A DNA stretch of 64,000 nt from Owenia fusiformis (Eukaryota): assembly GCA_903813345.2 (NCBI GenBank), contig CAIIXF020000001.1, forward strand, positions 39,122,001-39,186,000. The letters are read 5' to 3'. This document shows positions 63,930-64,000 of this stretch, piece by piece. The number at the start of each line of letters is the position of its first letter. Position 1 is the stretch's first letter. The notes beneath the pieces were generated by a model. The model had not been told where the DNA came from. It made no database searches and saw only the letters and a program-made list of their open reading frames with translations. A program made the position numbers and the translations under genes.

Positions 63930-64000
63930 AGCTAAAAATTCAATTTCAACTCATGCTTGGTCCAAACTATTAATGATGAACTGGCATGATCAAACCAGAT

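Noticed and set aside
63705..63930. Repetitive ORFs on both strands / possible CRISPR-like array
   Set aside because: A pure 30-bp tandem repeat with no unique spacers, in a eukaryotic context with no cas genes.

Overview
AT-rich, CpG-poor eukaryotic genomic DNA that looks like an invertebrate animal (inference; the species cannot be determined). Two host genes lie head-to-head. (1) On the minus strand is the 5' part of a spliced type I cytokine receptor-like gene (gp130/CRLF1/Domeless family). Four coding exons (22739-22832 signal peptide, 11049-11384 Ig domain, 3022-3145 and 2054-2217 first FN3 domain of the cytokine-binding module) splice in frame and the gene continues off the left edge. 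(2) On the plus strand is a single-exon BTB-BACK protein (58111-60393) with a non-canonical C-terminus and an Asp/Tyr-rich tail. The rest is dense transposable-element sequence: a decayed LINE inserted in a 25-bp minisatellite, a CR1/L2 relic, Helentron-like (HINE) elements carrying 120-162 bp satellites, and many foldback/MITE elements. The most notable structures are: a young, RT-less Gmr1-type Gypsy LTR element with apparently identical LTRs and an intact 901-aa ORF; a nest of five insertions that expanded a ~280-bp MITE to 9.35 kb next to a candidate bidirectional promoter; and a 3.7-kb palindromic Academ-like element built from two 3' ends. No rRNA, tRNA or CRISPR array was seen. TE family labels rest on termini, TSDs and protein motifs read by eye, not on database searches.
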